A stretch of DNA of 64,000 bases from a virus. This document shows, piece after piece, positions 36,678 to 46,512 of the stretch. Location of the stretch: the IMG/VR virus record IMGVR_UViG_3300035698_011327, positions 1-64,000 of that record, one strand, 5' to 3'. The translations under genes and the position numbers were made by a program. Each line of letters starts with the position of its first letter. Position 1 is the stretch's first letter. Under the pieces are notes generated by a model, which saw only the letters and a program-made list of their open reading frames with translations, ran no database searches and had not been told where the DNA came from.

Positions 36678-39600
36678 AGATTTTTGTCACTTACATCTCC
36701 ATACACAATATTCACTTCTAGACGGTTTTGGCACAGCGGCTATGTATGCCAAAAGAGCATCTGAGTTAGGGTTTACTCATATGGCTATCACTGATCATGG
36801 AGGGGTTGATGGTGTTATAGAATTTCAAAAAGCCTGTAAAGAAGAAGGGATCAAAAGCATTATAGGCTGCGAGGGGTACATCGTACCTGATATTTCTGTT
36901 AAAGAGAAAGAAAAGAAGTACCACATTACACTACTTGTTAAGAATGAAGTAGGCTGGAAAAATCTCCTTCAGCTTCTTACCATAGCAAACATCCAAGGGT
37001 TCTACTATAAGCCACGGTTCGATCCACAAACCCTTCTAGACTATTGCGAAGGGCTTGTTGTGATGAGTGCGTGCGCTTCTACTTTCCTTAATATGGGGAA
37101 CGTAATTGAAAAACCCTCTAGACCTGCAAGGGGCAGAAGATTAGACATGGCCCCAACTTTAGATACGATGGGCATAGACTTGATGCTACAGCTTAAAGAG
37201 AGAACCGATGTAGCGATAGAGATCATGCCTCTTGATCTTAAAGAGCAGATAGAAGTGAACAAGATGTCGATAGAGATAGCTAAAGAGAATGATATAATGC
37301 TCGTTGCTACTAACGACTGTCATTATCCTTTGGCTGAGCACTCTAAGCTTCAAGAAGTTCTGCTATGTATGCAAACCAAATCAAAATGGTCTAACCCTGA
37401 TAGGTGGAAATTTGATATAGACGATCTATATCTAAAGACGGCTGATGAGATGATAGATTCGTTCGCTGAACAAGGCGTAGTTAGTCGTGAGGATGTCGGA
37501 GTAGCATTATTGAATACAATGACTATAGCGGAGCTATGTGACTTCGAAATAGAAGCAAGAGAACCAAACTTGCCCAGAGTCCACGTATCTAAGTATCCAG
37601 ATTTCAGCGAAGATGACCAGATTATAAGACTTGTCCTTGATGGCTTGGATAGCAGGGCTGAAGATCACGAGTGGATAAAGAACGATATAGCAGCATATCA
37701 AGAAAGAATAGAAGAAGAACTTGAGCAGATTATGCCAAAGTTCACAAGATACTTTCTTGTCGTGTGGGAGCTTGTACATTGGTGTGAAAAAGAGAAAATA
37801 ATGGTGGGGCCGGGGCGTGGATCTAGTGGAGGTTGCTTAGTTGCTTACTGCTTAGGGATAACGGACGTTGACCCTTTAAAGTACGACCTTGTATTCTCAA
37901 GGTTCATATCTCCAGGCAGAATCGATTTACCTGATATTGATATGGACTTCGAAGATAGAAGGCGAGAGGATGTCAAGAAGCATCTTGCCGATATCTACGG
38001 GAAGTGGAACGTCATAGAAGTCTCTACCTTCCTGAAAATGCACGGTAGAGGAGCAATAAGAGACGTCAGCAGAGTTTTCGATATACCATTATACGAAGTG
38101 AAGAAAGCAGCAGAATGTATCGTTACAAGATCGGGTGGTGATGTTCGGGCTGACTTTTCTATCGAAGATGCCTTCAACACATTTGAAGATGGGATAGCCT
38201 TTAAAGCAAAATACCCAGAAGTGACTAAGATGGCTATGTCTTTTGAAGGACAGATAAAATCTGCTGGTAGACATGCCGCAGCTACGTGCGTATCAGAGAC
38301 AGACTTAAGGTTAGGAGAAAATGCTAATTTTGTAGTCAGGAATAAAAAGAATGTCTGTAACTGGGCCAAAGAAGATGCTGAATATATGGGCCTAATGAAG
38401 CTTGATATATTAGGGCTGAACTCTTTGACGATCTTGAGTGAAACAAAAGACCTTGTTAAGGATAGGCACGGGATAAATATAAACTACAATCTCATAGACT
38501 TGGACGATGAGAGATTGTATGTAGAGTTCATAGCTGGGAATACGATAGGCATATTCCAGTTTAGCTCTAATAGCATGATGAAGTTATGTCGAGATATCAA
38601 AGGAGATTGTTTCGATGAAGTTGTAGCCCTCAATGCCCTTCATAGGCCTGGTGCTCTACGAAGTGGTTTTACGCAAATATATAGAGATCGTAAATTTGGC
38701 GCTCAAGACGTTGAGTATGCCCACCCGTGGATAGAAGGGATAACCAAGGATACCCAAGGTCTGATCATCTATCAAGAGCAAGCGATGCGCTTGATGTATG
38801 AGCTCGGTGGACTTACTTGGAAGACCGCAGACACTATCCGTAAGGTAATCAGTAAATCGAAGGGCGTTGAGGAATTCATGAAGTTCGAACAGCAATTTAT
38901 AGATGGCTGTAAAGAACGGGATACCCTTAATAAAGCAGAAGCTATGATAGTTTTCGGTGAGCTTAAGAATATGGGCAGCTATAGTTTTAATAAGTGTTTA
39001 CGGGGGGTTACGTCCCTTATAAGATCTGCTGCCGGGAAGCATAGCAAAAAACAAGAGATAACTGTTGAAGAATTATACAAGAGATGGAACTCTAAAGCTC
39101 AAGTAGGGACAAAATACAGAGACCCAAAAAGGGGTCTAAAGATTATGCAAGTTGATCCTGATGGCAGAGTAAGGCCAGCAAAAATAAAGGCTATCCACAG
39201 GAACGGAACAAGAAGGACAATAGCAAGGATAACGACTGAGTCTGGCAAGCAGATAGACGCTACGATGAATCATAGGTTCCTCACAGATAAAGGATACGTT
39301 TTGGTTGGAGAGCTTAAAGTTGGCGATCTTATGGCTATAATGGGAGAAAAAGAAGAACATATTAAAAAGGGAGAGCCGCACAACCAAAAAACTACATATG
39401 ATGGATGTGGATTTCAAAAGGGAAAAGATAACATATCTTATATAGATGGCAGAGCTAAATATTTCAAAGAAGGGAAGAAAGCAGTAATAAAAAGAGCAGA
39501 TGGGAAATGTGAAAATTGTAAAATAGAGATAGAGGGTGTGTGTGAATGCTGCCACCAGAAAATAAAATATGGTAGGCCTGAGATAGCCCACATTGAAAAT

Positions 39601-41289
39601 ATAGAGCAATGCGATTTTGATTATTCTATTTATCACTCACATAAAAATTTAAAATATTTGTGTAACCCGTGTCATAAAAAACTTGATTATAAAAAAGGTG
39701 AAAGAAAAGTAAGGCACTCTATTGGTAAACCAGTAGCACTTGATCCTATAACGTCGATAGAGATAGTTAAATGTGGAGAATATGTTTACGATGTAGAGAT
39801 GGATACAGAGCAACACAACTTTATAGCAAACGGATTTGTATCTCACAATAGCCACGCTGTCGAGTACGGAATGATAGCAGTCTGGATGATGTACTTAAAG
39901 ATAAACTATCCAGTCGAATTTATGGCAACTCTTTTATCTTATGGGCCGGCTGGAAAGAAACACGAGCTTATAAATGAAGCCAAAAGATTGGGTGTCAATA
40001 TACTCTTACCTGATATTAATCTTTCTACAGCTAAAAAGTGGAAGATTGACGACGATGGCAATCTACTGTCACCGTTCTTAGAGATTAAGGGTATAGGGGA
40101 GGTAGCCGCAACCGAGATCATTCGTTGCAGAGACGATGCAGGCCCTTACAAAAGCCCTTCCGACCTAGAGTCTAGAGTCCCTAAGAGAAAAGTCAATGTA
40201 AAAGTCCGTAGGCTACTAGAAGAAACAAAAGCATATGAGTCTCCTGAGAGTAAAACTTTCTTACCTGAAGAGGAACTTGAAGCCTTATCTCAATATTTCG
40301 ATTTCGAATTATCAAATGATCCTTTATATAGGTTTAGAGGGATATTCAAAATCCTCGACCAGAGCCTTGGGTTCATCAACCTTTGCGATTCTATTCCGAT
40401 GGGGAATGAGCTTGGATATTATTATGGTAGGATGGAAAGTCTAAAGGTTGGGTATAGGCAAGCCGTTAAGCAGACGAGCAACAGTAGCGACTTTGGCTCT
40501 CTTGGTGGAGTATACGGCCACCTTAAAGACGATACAGATTTCAAGATGCTTATCTTTGGTAACCAGATTTACGATGAGAAGAAAAGTATAGTAGAGCATT
40601 GTGAAGGGCAAGCCATAATAACTCTTGCTAATAACACGGATGATAAAGAAGCCTTGAAGACTCAGGCTGCTTGGTTTAGCGACGAACTCACGTCAGGTAA
40701 TCTTGAGGGTTTAGATGCTAAACTCGGCAAAGAAAGCGAACCTCCGGCAGATTTAAGCATCATCAACGATTGCGATGCTTGTGAGTTACGTGAAGAATGT
40801 GAGCGGCCAACCTTCCCTAAGCAAGGCGAATGTAACATAATGATAGTTGGAGAGATGCCAACTAAAGCAGACAATGATAGCGGGTATGTTTTCTGCGGTA
40901 GGCCAGCAGAAGTCCTATTCAGAAAGCTGGATAGCTATGGCCTAGACAGGGAGATGTTCTATCTTACGAACGTCATAAAATGCTGGCCAAGTAGAACCAA
41001 AAAGCCTAAAAAGAAACACGTCAATGCTTGTAAAAGAATTTTATCTGAAGAGATAGCAGTAGCAAAACCATTCTTGGTCCTGTCTCTTGGTAATCTCGGT
41101 AGGCAGTTCTTTGATGGAGAAGAAGCCGGCATCATTGCTGTAAACGGAACAACTAAATGGAATATGGATCATAACTGCTGGGTAACATATTCTATAAGCC
41201 CGTCAATGGTAGCATATAGTGAAGAGAATATGCCGCTACTTGACGCCTCAATAGCAGAATTTGCTAACAAGGTATCTATTTTATTCTGA
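36667..41289 (+). CDS. dnaE: DNA polymerase III alpha subunit with intein and C-terminal family-4 UDG-like domain
   Basis: HLHLHTQYSLLDG (PHP), GPGRGSSGG, PDIDMDF, KLDILGL, FNK-intein-SH; C-terminal GEMP, LTNVIKCWP, LSLG. Confidence 0.95.
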   Translation: MLNKDFCHLHLHTQYSLLDGFGTAAMYAKRASELGFTHMAITDHGGVDGVIEFQKACKEEGIKSIIGCEGYIVPDISVKEKEKKYHITLLVKNEVGWKNLLQLLTIANIQGFYYKPRFDPQTLLDYCEGLVVMSACASTFLNMGNVIEKPSRPARGRRLDMAPTLDTMGIDLMLQLKERTDVAIEIMPLDLKEQIEVNKMSIEIAKENDIMLVATNDCHYPLAEHSKLQEVLLCMQTKSKWSNPDRWKFDIDDLYLKTADEMIDSFAEQGVVSREDVGVALLNTMTIAELCDFEIEAREPNLPRVHVSKYPDFSEDDQIIRLVLDGLDSRAEDHEWIKNDIAAYQERIEEELEQIMPKFTRYFLVVWELVHWCEKEKIMVGPGRGSSGGCLVAYCLGITDVDPLKYDLVFSRFISPGRIDLPDIDMDFEDRRREDVKKHLADIYGKWNVIEVSTFLKMHGRGAIRDVSRVFDIPLYEVKKAAECIVTRSGGDVRADFSIEDAFNTFEDGIAFKAKYPEVTKMAMSFEGQIKSAGRHAAATCVSETDLRLGENANFVVRNKKNVCNWAKEDAEYMGLMKLDILGLNSLTILSETKDLVKDRHGININYNLIDLDDERLYVEFIAGNTIGIFQFSSNSMMKLCRDIKGDCFDEVVALNALHRPGALRSGFTQIYRDRKFGAQDVEYAHPWIEGITKDTQGLIIYQEQAMRLMYELGGLTWKTADTIRKVISKSKGVEEFMKFEQQFIDGCKERDTLNKAEAMIVFGELKNMGSYSFNKCLRGVTSLIRSAAGKHSKKQEITVEELYKRWNSKAQVGTKYRDPKRGLKIMQVDPDGRVRPAKIKAIHRNGTRRTIARITTESGKQIDATMNHRFLTDKGYVLVGELKVGDLMAIMGEKEEHIKKGEPHNQKTTYDGCGFQKGKDNISYIDGRAKYFKEGKKAVIKRADGKCENCKIEIEGVCECCHQKIKYGRPEIAHIENIEQCDFDYSIYHSHKNLKYLCNPCHKKLDYKKGERKVRHSIGKPVALDPITSIEIVKCGEYVYDVEMDTEQHNFIANGFVSHNSHAVEYGMIAVWMMYLKINYPVEFMATLLSYGPAGKKHELINEAKRLGVNILLPDINLSTAKKWKIDDDGNLLSPFLEIKGIGEVAATEIIRCRDDAGPYKSPSDLESRVPKRKVNVKVRRLLEETKAYESPESKTFLPEEELEALSQYFDFELSNDPLYRFRGIFKILDQSLGFINLCDSIPMGNELGYYYGRMESLKVGYRQAVKQTSNSSDFGSLGGVYGHLKDDTDFKMLIFGNQIYDEKKSIVEHCEGQAIITLANNTDDKEALKTQAAWFSDELTSGNLEGLDAKLGKESEPPADLSIINDCDACELREECERPTFPKQGECNIMIVGEMPTKADNDSGYVFCGRPAEVLFRKLDSYGLDREMFYLTNVIKCWPSRTKKPKKKHVNACKRILSEEIAVAKPFLVLSLGNLGRQFFDGEEAGIIAVNGTTKWNMDHNCWVTYSISPSMVAYSEENMPLLDASIAEFANKVSILF
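38995..39849 (+). mobile_element. 285-aa intein with HNH-type endonuclease in DnaE
   Basis: begins CLRG after FNK, block-B TMNHRF, ends VYDVEM...HNFIANGFVSHN before Ser; internal CENC...EIAHI...NLKYLCNPCH. Confidence 0.9.
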
Positions 41290-41339
41290 TCGACTTAAAA
41301 GTCTTGTTTCGCTATATAACTATACAGGGGGAATAAAGA

Positions 41340-41816
41340 ATGCCAATAATTGATGAGTCAATAATAATAGACCGCAACAACCTGGATGAAGAGTGCGCTT
41401 CTGCTCCTGCCTTTTTTGATTATTGGCAGACCCAAGAGACGGACGCAAAAACAAGAAAAGAGAACCTTGAATCTCAAATGAGTATGGAGCTCAGAGGGAT
41501 GGCTGAAGAAGTCCTTATGAGTAGGTTTGGGGTAAAGAAACTTACAGAGGGGGCGATCAATTCAATCATCGGCAGCGACGAAAACTTCCAGCAGTTAAAA
41601 TCTCAACAGCTTGGAGCAGAAGCAGAAAGGAAATCATTCGAACAAAAGATTAGAATGCTCGACGTGTTGGCCAGGTTACATGGCCAAGGCTACTTCTCAA
41701 AAATAGAGTCGAAGCCTAACATGAGAACAATTATAGCGAACAAAGTAAAGAAGGAGATTGAAAAGCAGATTAAGAGCAGAAAAACATCTGGAAAGCCACG
41801 GAGACCAAGGACTTAA
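41340..41816 (+). CDS. UvsY-like helical recombination mediator (tentative)
   Basis: helical 158 aa, TEGAINSII motif, positioned before the SSB and recA genes. Confidence 0.4.
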   Translation: MPIIDESIIIDRNNLDEECASAPAFFDYWQTQETDAKTRKENLESQMSMELRGMAEEVLMSRFGVKKLTEGAINSIIGSDENFQQLKSQQLGAEAERKSFEQKIRMLDVLARLHGQGYFSKIESKPNMRTIIANKVKKEIEKQIKSRKTSGKPRRPRT

Positions 41817-41950
41817 GATTTTGGAATCATTTCTGATTAAAACATTTATAGTGACAGCAATAATCTGCTTCTTAGCTTATTTTATTCCAGGCATATCGTT
41901 GAGAGCCATAAGGGATTTTAAGAAGCGTTACATAGATAAGGAGAACTGAC

Positions 41951-43066
41951 ATGGCAAAGAGGGAGTTTCAACCAGGGCTAGGAAGCAAAGCCCTCAAGAA
42001 AAAAGATGAGAAGAAAGGGCAGTACTACAAAAGCCCAGGTTCCCGCATCTCCTATATTAAGCAAGGTGTGATGAGAGTATTCATCCCTAAAGAAGGGAAG
42101 AATAGGCTGAGGATTATTCAGCCATTTGAACTCGCTGCTCTTGGCTTCTATGGGTTGGAGATGAGCTTCCACCGAAACGTAGGCGATGAGGGAGAAGAAC
42201 TACACGGTGATTACTTGTGCAATGAGAGGATGAAGATTCCTCTTAGAGATTGCTACGAGGACATAAAGGTTCCTAATAAGTGTTTCGTCTGCGAACAGCA
42301 GACACCTGAGCTTTGGGATGCGAATCCTGATCTCGCTAAAACATTCTACCCTGACCGGAGAATGTGGTTCTTTGTCCACGATCTTCTTTCAGACGATAAA
42401 GAAGAAGTTTTGCTTTGGAGCTGCCCTTGGACTCTTCACGAAGAAATTCTTTCAAGATCATCAGACGAAGAAACTGGCGCATACATAGATGTATCCGATC
42501 CTGTTAAAGGCGTTCCGATTTCTTTTGAAAGAGACGGCAAAGGCAAGATGACGAGATACAAAAATGTCCAAGTGTTTAAGGCTGCTCATCCTCTTGATCC
42601 AAAAGTTCTTGATGATATGGTAGAGTTTCGTGAGCTTCTTATAGTCCCAGAATACGATGCTGTAAAGGCTGCGTTTGAATGCTCTGAGGACTACGAGCCA
42701 GCTGAAGGTGGAGAAGAGCCAGCTGAACAAGAACCAGAAGAGAAAGAACCAGAATCGGAACCAGAAGGGCCGCCAGAATGCTTCCAGAAGGAGTTTGACG
42801 AATGGCAGGATTGCGTAGATTGCGAATACGCTGGCGACTGCGAAAATCCTCCAGAGCCTGAACCGGAACCAGAGCCTGAACCAGAAAAACCTGTAAGGCC
42901 GAAACGACCCAAGCGACCAGTCAAACCAGAAAAGCCATCAAAGCCAGAACGTCCGACAAGAAAGTCAAGGACGCAACCGGAAGAAAAAGCCAACGGCAAA
43001 TCTGAAGCTGCTAGGTCAGCGATTAGAGAACGCATAGCAAAAGCAACGGAAGATAGGGATAAATAA
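41951..43066 (+). CDS. single-stranded DNA-binding protein (T4 gp32-like)
   Basis: KEGKNRLRII, H...C...C..C zinc ligands, GKGKMTRY, acidic then Pro/Lys-rich tail. Confidence 0.7.
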   Translation: MAKREFQPGLGSKALKKKDEKKGQYYKSPGSRISYIKQGVMRVFIPKEGKNRLRIIQPFELAALGFYGLEMSFHRNVGDEGEELHGDYLCNERMKIPLRDCYEDIKVPNKCFVCEQQTPELWDANPDLAKTFYPDRRMWFFVHDLLSDDKEEVLLWSCPWTLHEEILSRSSDEETGAYIDVSDPVKGVPISFERDGKGKMTRYKNVQVFKAAHPLDPKVLDDMVEFRELLIVPEYDAVKAAFECSEDYEPAEGGEEPAEQEPEEKEPESEPEGPPECFQKEFDEWQDCVDCEYAGDCENPPEPEPEPEPEPEKPVRPKRPKRPVKPEKPSKPERPTRKSRTQPEEKANGKSEAARSAIRERIAKATEDRDK

Positions 43067-44145
43067 TGGCAGATAGAGTGAGGAGAAGTGTTCAGGTAGA
43101 TGACGAACACCCTGTTGACTTTATCACATCAGGTTCTACTGTTCTTAACCTTGCCCTTTCGCAAAGGGGCTTAGATGGTGGATGGGCAAGGGGTAGGATA
43201 GACAACCTAGTTGGGGACGGCAGCAGTGGAAAGACGCTTTGTGCTCTTGAAGCTGCTGCCCATGCGTTCTATTTTATGGAAGGAAACGATAGCCATAATT
43301 TCCCTAAAGTCAAGAAGGTCACTATTGTCTACAATAATGTTGAAGGCGTTATGGACTTCCCAATCGACACGATGTATGGCAAGAAATTTAACGCTGGCGT
43401 TGAGTGGATGAGAACAGGTACCATACAAGCCTTTGGGAGAGATTTTCTTAATAGGCTAAAAGCACTTAAGTCTGGTGAGTTTCTACTTTATATAATCGAT
43501 AGTTGGGATGCGCTTGATTCTGATGAAGAGCTTGAGGAATTTATAAAATCAGTTGAAGAAGACAAGGCGATGGAAGGGTCATTTGATCTTGGAAAGCAAA
43601 GATATGGATCAAAAAGATTTTTCAAGACTTTATGCTCTAAGATGGAAGGCGGGAATGGTAGAGTCCATAAAGATTGTACCTTGCTTATCGTATCTCAGAC
43701 TAGAGCGAATATAGGTGTAAAATTTGGAGCTGCTAAAGTGCGAGTTGGAGGAGATGCTCTAAACTTTTATACTCATCAAGTAGCTTGGTTGAGAGAGCAC
43801 GAGAAGATAAGAAAGACCAGAGAAAAGATAAGCATGGTCACTGGAATTGGGTGTGAGGCAAAGGTAAAGCGAAATAAAGCAGCAAAGCCTTTTAGAGAAG
43901 CCAGATTCCCTATCATGTTTGACTATGGGATAGACGATATCTCATCTATGATCCATTATCTTTATGGCCCGAAATCTAAAGCCATAAAAGATTTATTTGA
44001 TCTCAAGTTCAAGAAATATGAATCTGCTATAAAGTATGCTTATGATAACGACAAGCAGGCAGAGCTTGTTAAGCTTACGGAAGAAAAATGGAAAAGAGTT
44101 GAAGACGCTGCTAAATTTTCCCAGAAAAGCAGGTTCCCGATATGA
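43066..44145 (+). CDS. recA: RecA/UvsX-like recombinase
   Basis: SGSTVLNLAL, GDGSSGKT, YIIDSWDAL, SQTRANIG, GGDALNFY. Confidence 0.9.
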   Translation: MADRVRRSVQVDDEHPVDFITSGSTVLNLALSQRGLDGGWARGRIDNLVGDGSSGKTLCALEAAAHAFYFMEGNDSHNFPKVKKVTIVYNNVEGVMDFPIDTMYGKKFNAGVEWMRTGTIQAFGRDFLNRLKALKSGEFLLYIIDSWDALDSDEELEEFIKSVEEDKAMEGSFDLGKQRYGSKRFFKTLCSKMEGGNGRVHKDCTLLIVSQTRANIGVKFGAAKVRVGGDALNFYTHQVAWLREHEKIRKTREKISMVTGIGCEAKVKRNKAAKPFREARFPIMFDYGIDDISSMIHYLYGPKSKAIKDLFDLKFKKYESAIKYAYDNDKQAELVKLTEEKWKRVEDAAKFSQKSRFPI

Positions 44146-44996
44146 AGGCGTTAGTCATAGACTGTAACTATATCTGCCATGCTACATTTCATTCTATGCC
44201 AATTTTATCGTTCAAGAATAGCACTACATCTATAGTCTACGGTTTTGTGAAAAGAGTCATATCCTTTGCTGAAAGGTTTGAGCCAGATAGCATAGTCTTT
44301 GTATGGGATTCAAAAAGCTCAATAAGAAAAGAAGTCTATCCAGATTACAAAAAGCCACGTATAAAGGCGGGGAAGGAAGCAAGTACAAAAGAGAAAGAAG
44401 CGAAGTCTGTCGCTTACAACCAGTTCGATGAGATTCGCCTTAATACTCTCCCAAGCCTAGGCTTTAACAATGTATTCGTACAAGATGGATACGAAGGCGA
44501 TGACTTAATGGCGGCTGCTGTAAATTGTAACCCAGGATATGAATTCGTAGTCATAACTACAGATAAGGACATGTACCAGATAATAGACGATAACTGTATG
44601 CTCTTTAATCCTATGACGAAGATCATCAGGGACAAGAAATGGTTCGTCGATGAGTTTGGATGCCACCCTCTAGCTTGGGGATATGCTAAGGCGATATCAG
44701 GATGCTCTACAGATAATGTGACTGGTCTTAAAGGGGTAGCTGAGCCAACGGCTTTGAAATTCTTAACAGGAAAGCTTAGCAAGTCGTCAAAGAAATACGA
44801 AAAGATCGAAAATTATTTCCCGACTGCCTTAGAAAACAGGGAGCTTGTTGTACTTCCTATGTACGGTACGATGGACATAGACATAGTAGAAGATGCTCCA
44901 AGCGTCAGATCGTTTAAAAGCGTATGTGAGTCTTATGGATTCAAATCACTTCTTAGTGCAAATATGGTGAACAAATGGTTAAACCACATATGCTAA
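44142..44996 (+). CDS. 5'-3' exonuclease / flap endonuclease
   Basis: VIDCN, RKEVYPDYK, YEGDD, TDKDMYQ, DNVTGLKGV. Confidence 0.9.
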   Translation: MKALVIDCNYICHATFHSMPILSFKNSTTSIVYGFVKRVISFAERFEPDSIVFVWDSKSSIRKEVYPDYKKPRIKAGKEASTKEKEAKSVAYNQFDEIRLNTLPSLGFNNVFVQDGYEGDDLMAAAVNCNPGYEFVVITTDKDMYQIIDDNCMLFNPMTKIIRDKKWFVDEFGCHPLAWGYAKAISGCSTDNVTGLKGVAEPTALKFLTGKLSKSSKKYEKIENYFPTALENRELVVLPMYGTMDIDIVEDAPSVRSFKSVCESYGFKSLLSANMVNKWLNHIC

Positions 44997-45334
44997 ATGC
45001 TGGCAGGACGACTCACGAGATGTGTCCTGGCGATATAAAAGCAAGAAAAGGCAAATGGAAGATATCGATAGACTATGCCTTAAAGCCTGACTATGAGCTA
45101 CTCATGTTCTTCGCCCACTTTGTCATAATAAGAGCAGAAGCGATTCTGTCTAGCGATTGCGTCGAATACGAAGGGTACTCGCACCTTTTTGATCCAGTTA
45201 AAGACTATTCTGAAGTGCCGGAATATCATTTTACTCTAACAAAGAAAGTGGACGGCAACCTTGATATCATAGCTATAAAAGATAATGAACCTCTTCCAAA
45301 AAAGCCAAGGCTCACAAGAAGGATCGACGGATAA
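44975..45334 (+). CDS. hypothetical protein with RRxD tag
   Basis: ends PRLTRRIDG. Confidence 0.7.
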   Translation: MVKPHMLNAGRTTHEMCPGDIKARKGKWKISIDYALKPDYELLMFFAHFVIIRAEAILSSDCVEYEGYSHLFDPVKDYSEVPEYHFTLTKKVDGNLDIIAIKDNEPLPKKPRLTRRIDG

Positions 45335-45579
45335 TGCTCAGCTACGGCGGCAAAGCTAAGATTTCAATCGATGGTGTAGAAATTGACGGATTTGTTTCTA
45401 ATTGGACTATGAGTCAAGGGATGATAGAGGTTTCAGAATTTAGTGGGACAATGGAGATGATTCCAGATGGGCTTGCTAATTTACATATAGAGTTTGAAGC
45501 AAAAATAAGTGAACCTGAAGCTAAAATCCAGCTTGGTATTGAACCTAAAGAAAGACTGCTGAGAAAGATTGATGGGTGA
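45334..45579 (+). CDS. hypothetical protein with RKxD tag
   Basis: ends ERLLRKIDG; TAATG coupling. Confidence 0.7.
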   Translation: MLSYGGKAKISIDGVEIDGFVSNWTMSQGMIEVSEFSGTMEMIPDGLANLHIEFEAKISEPEAKIQLGIEPKERLLRKIDG

Positions 45580-46045
45580 CATTTTAACAGGAGTAGTAAT
45601 CGTGTCTATATTTAGTGCGATTGGAATACTTACAAAGATGATTGGTGGACTCGCTTCTAAAAAAGATATGGATAAAATACCGCCTAATGAGATAATCCTT
45701 TATGAAGAAGAGATAGAATCCCTTAGAATGGAAATAGCTGAGGAGGCTGATAGAGCAATGGAAGCGCCAAGTGGTCCACCTTTTTCACAAGTGACTCTAC
45801 CTGACGGAATGATACTACCTGTTGCGAATACCGTTGAGATAACATATGGCTATGAATCTCCTCCAAATCATACACAGGTGATGCAGATGGGCACTTCTTA
45901 TGCTGGATCAGACGGAATAAATATATTCCCAACTGTAAATGGGATGAGAAGTAGATTGATGCCACAGAAAGTCAAAGAAGTGAAAGTTGAAAGTCCATTT
46001 AGCAAAGTAAACACGGAAAGAAAATCAAGGAGAATTGATTCATGA
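45569..46045 (+). CDS. membrane-anchored protein with RRxD tag
   Basis: N-terminal TM helix; ends ERKSRRIDS. Confidence 0.7.
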   Translation: MMGDILTGVVIVSIFSAIGILTKMIGGLASKKDMDKIPPNEIILYEEEIESLRMEIAEEADRAMEAPSGPPFSQVTLPDGMILPVANTVEITYGYESPPNHTQVMQMGTSYAGSDGINIFPTVNGMRSRLMPQKVKEVKVESPFSKVNTERKSRRIDS

Positions 46046-46512
46046 TTTTATTTATGGGAGTAGATCCAGGACAATCAGGGGCCGTAGCAGTAATAAGCAG
46101 CGAAAGAGAAATAGTCAGGATAGAAGATTGGCCTGGTGATGAGATCCAAGCAGCAGGAGTAATAAGAAGTATAATTGTCAATTCAGGTGGATGGGAAATT
46201 CACGCTGCTATTGAAAAGGTATCTGCTATGCCTAAACAGGGAGTTGTGTCGATGTTTAAATTCGGCATGAACTACGGCATATGGCAAGGTCTATTAGCCG
46301 CAGCACAGATACCTTTTGTGCTGGTGGCCCCACGGGTATGGCAAAAGGGCGTTATATCAAAAGCACAAGATAAAAAGCCATCTGTCGCTGCCGCTGGCCG
46401 AATGTTTCCGAATGCAGAGTTGTTTGGTCCAAGAGGCGGCAAAAAGGACGGTAGAGCAGATGCACTTCTTATTGCTGATTATTGCAGAAGACAGCATATA
46501 GGATTAGCATGA
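46042..46512 (+). CDS. ruvC: RuvC-like Holliday junction resolvase
   Basis: GVDPGQSGA, AAIEKV, FKFG.NYG, DGRADALLIA. Confidence 0.85.
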   Translation: MILFMGVDPGQSGAVAVISSEREIVRIEDWPGDEIQAAGVIRSIIVNSGGWEIHAAIEKVSAMPKQGVVSMFKFGMNYGIWQGLLAAAQIPFVLVAPRVWQKGVISKAQDKKPSVAAAGRMFPNAELFGPRGGKKDGRADALLIADYCRRQHIGLA

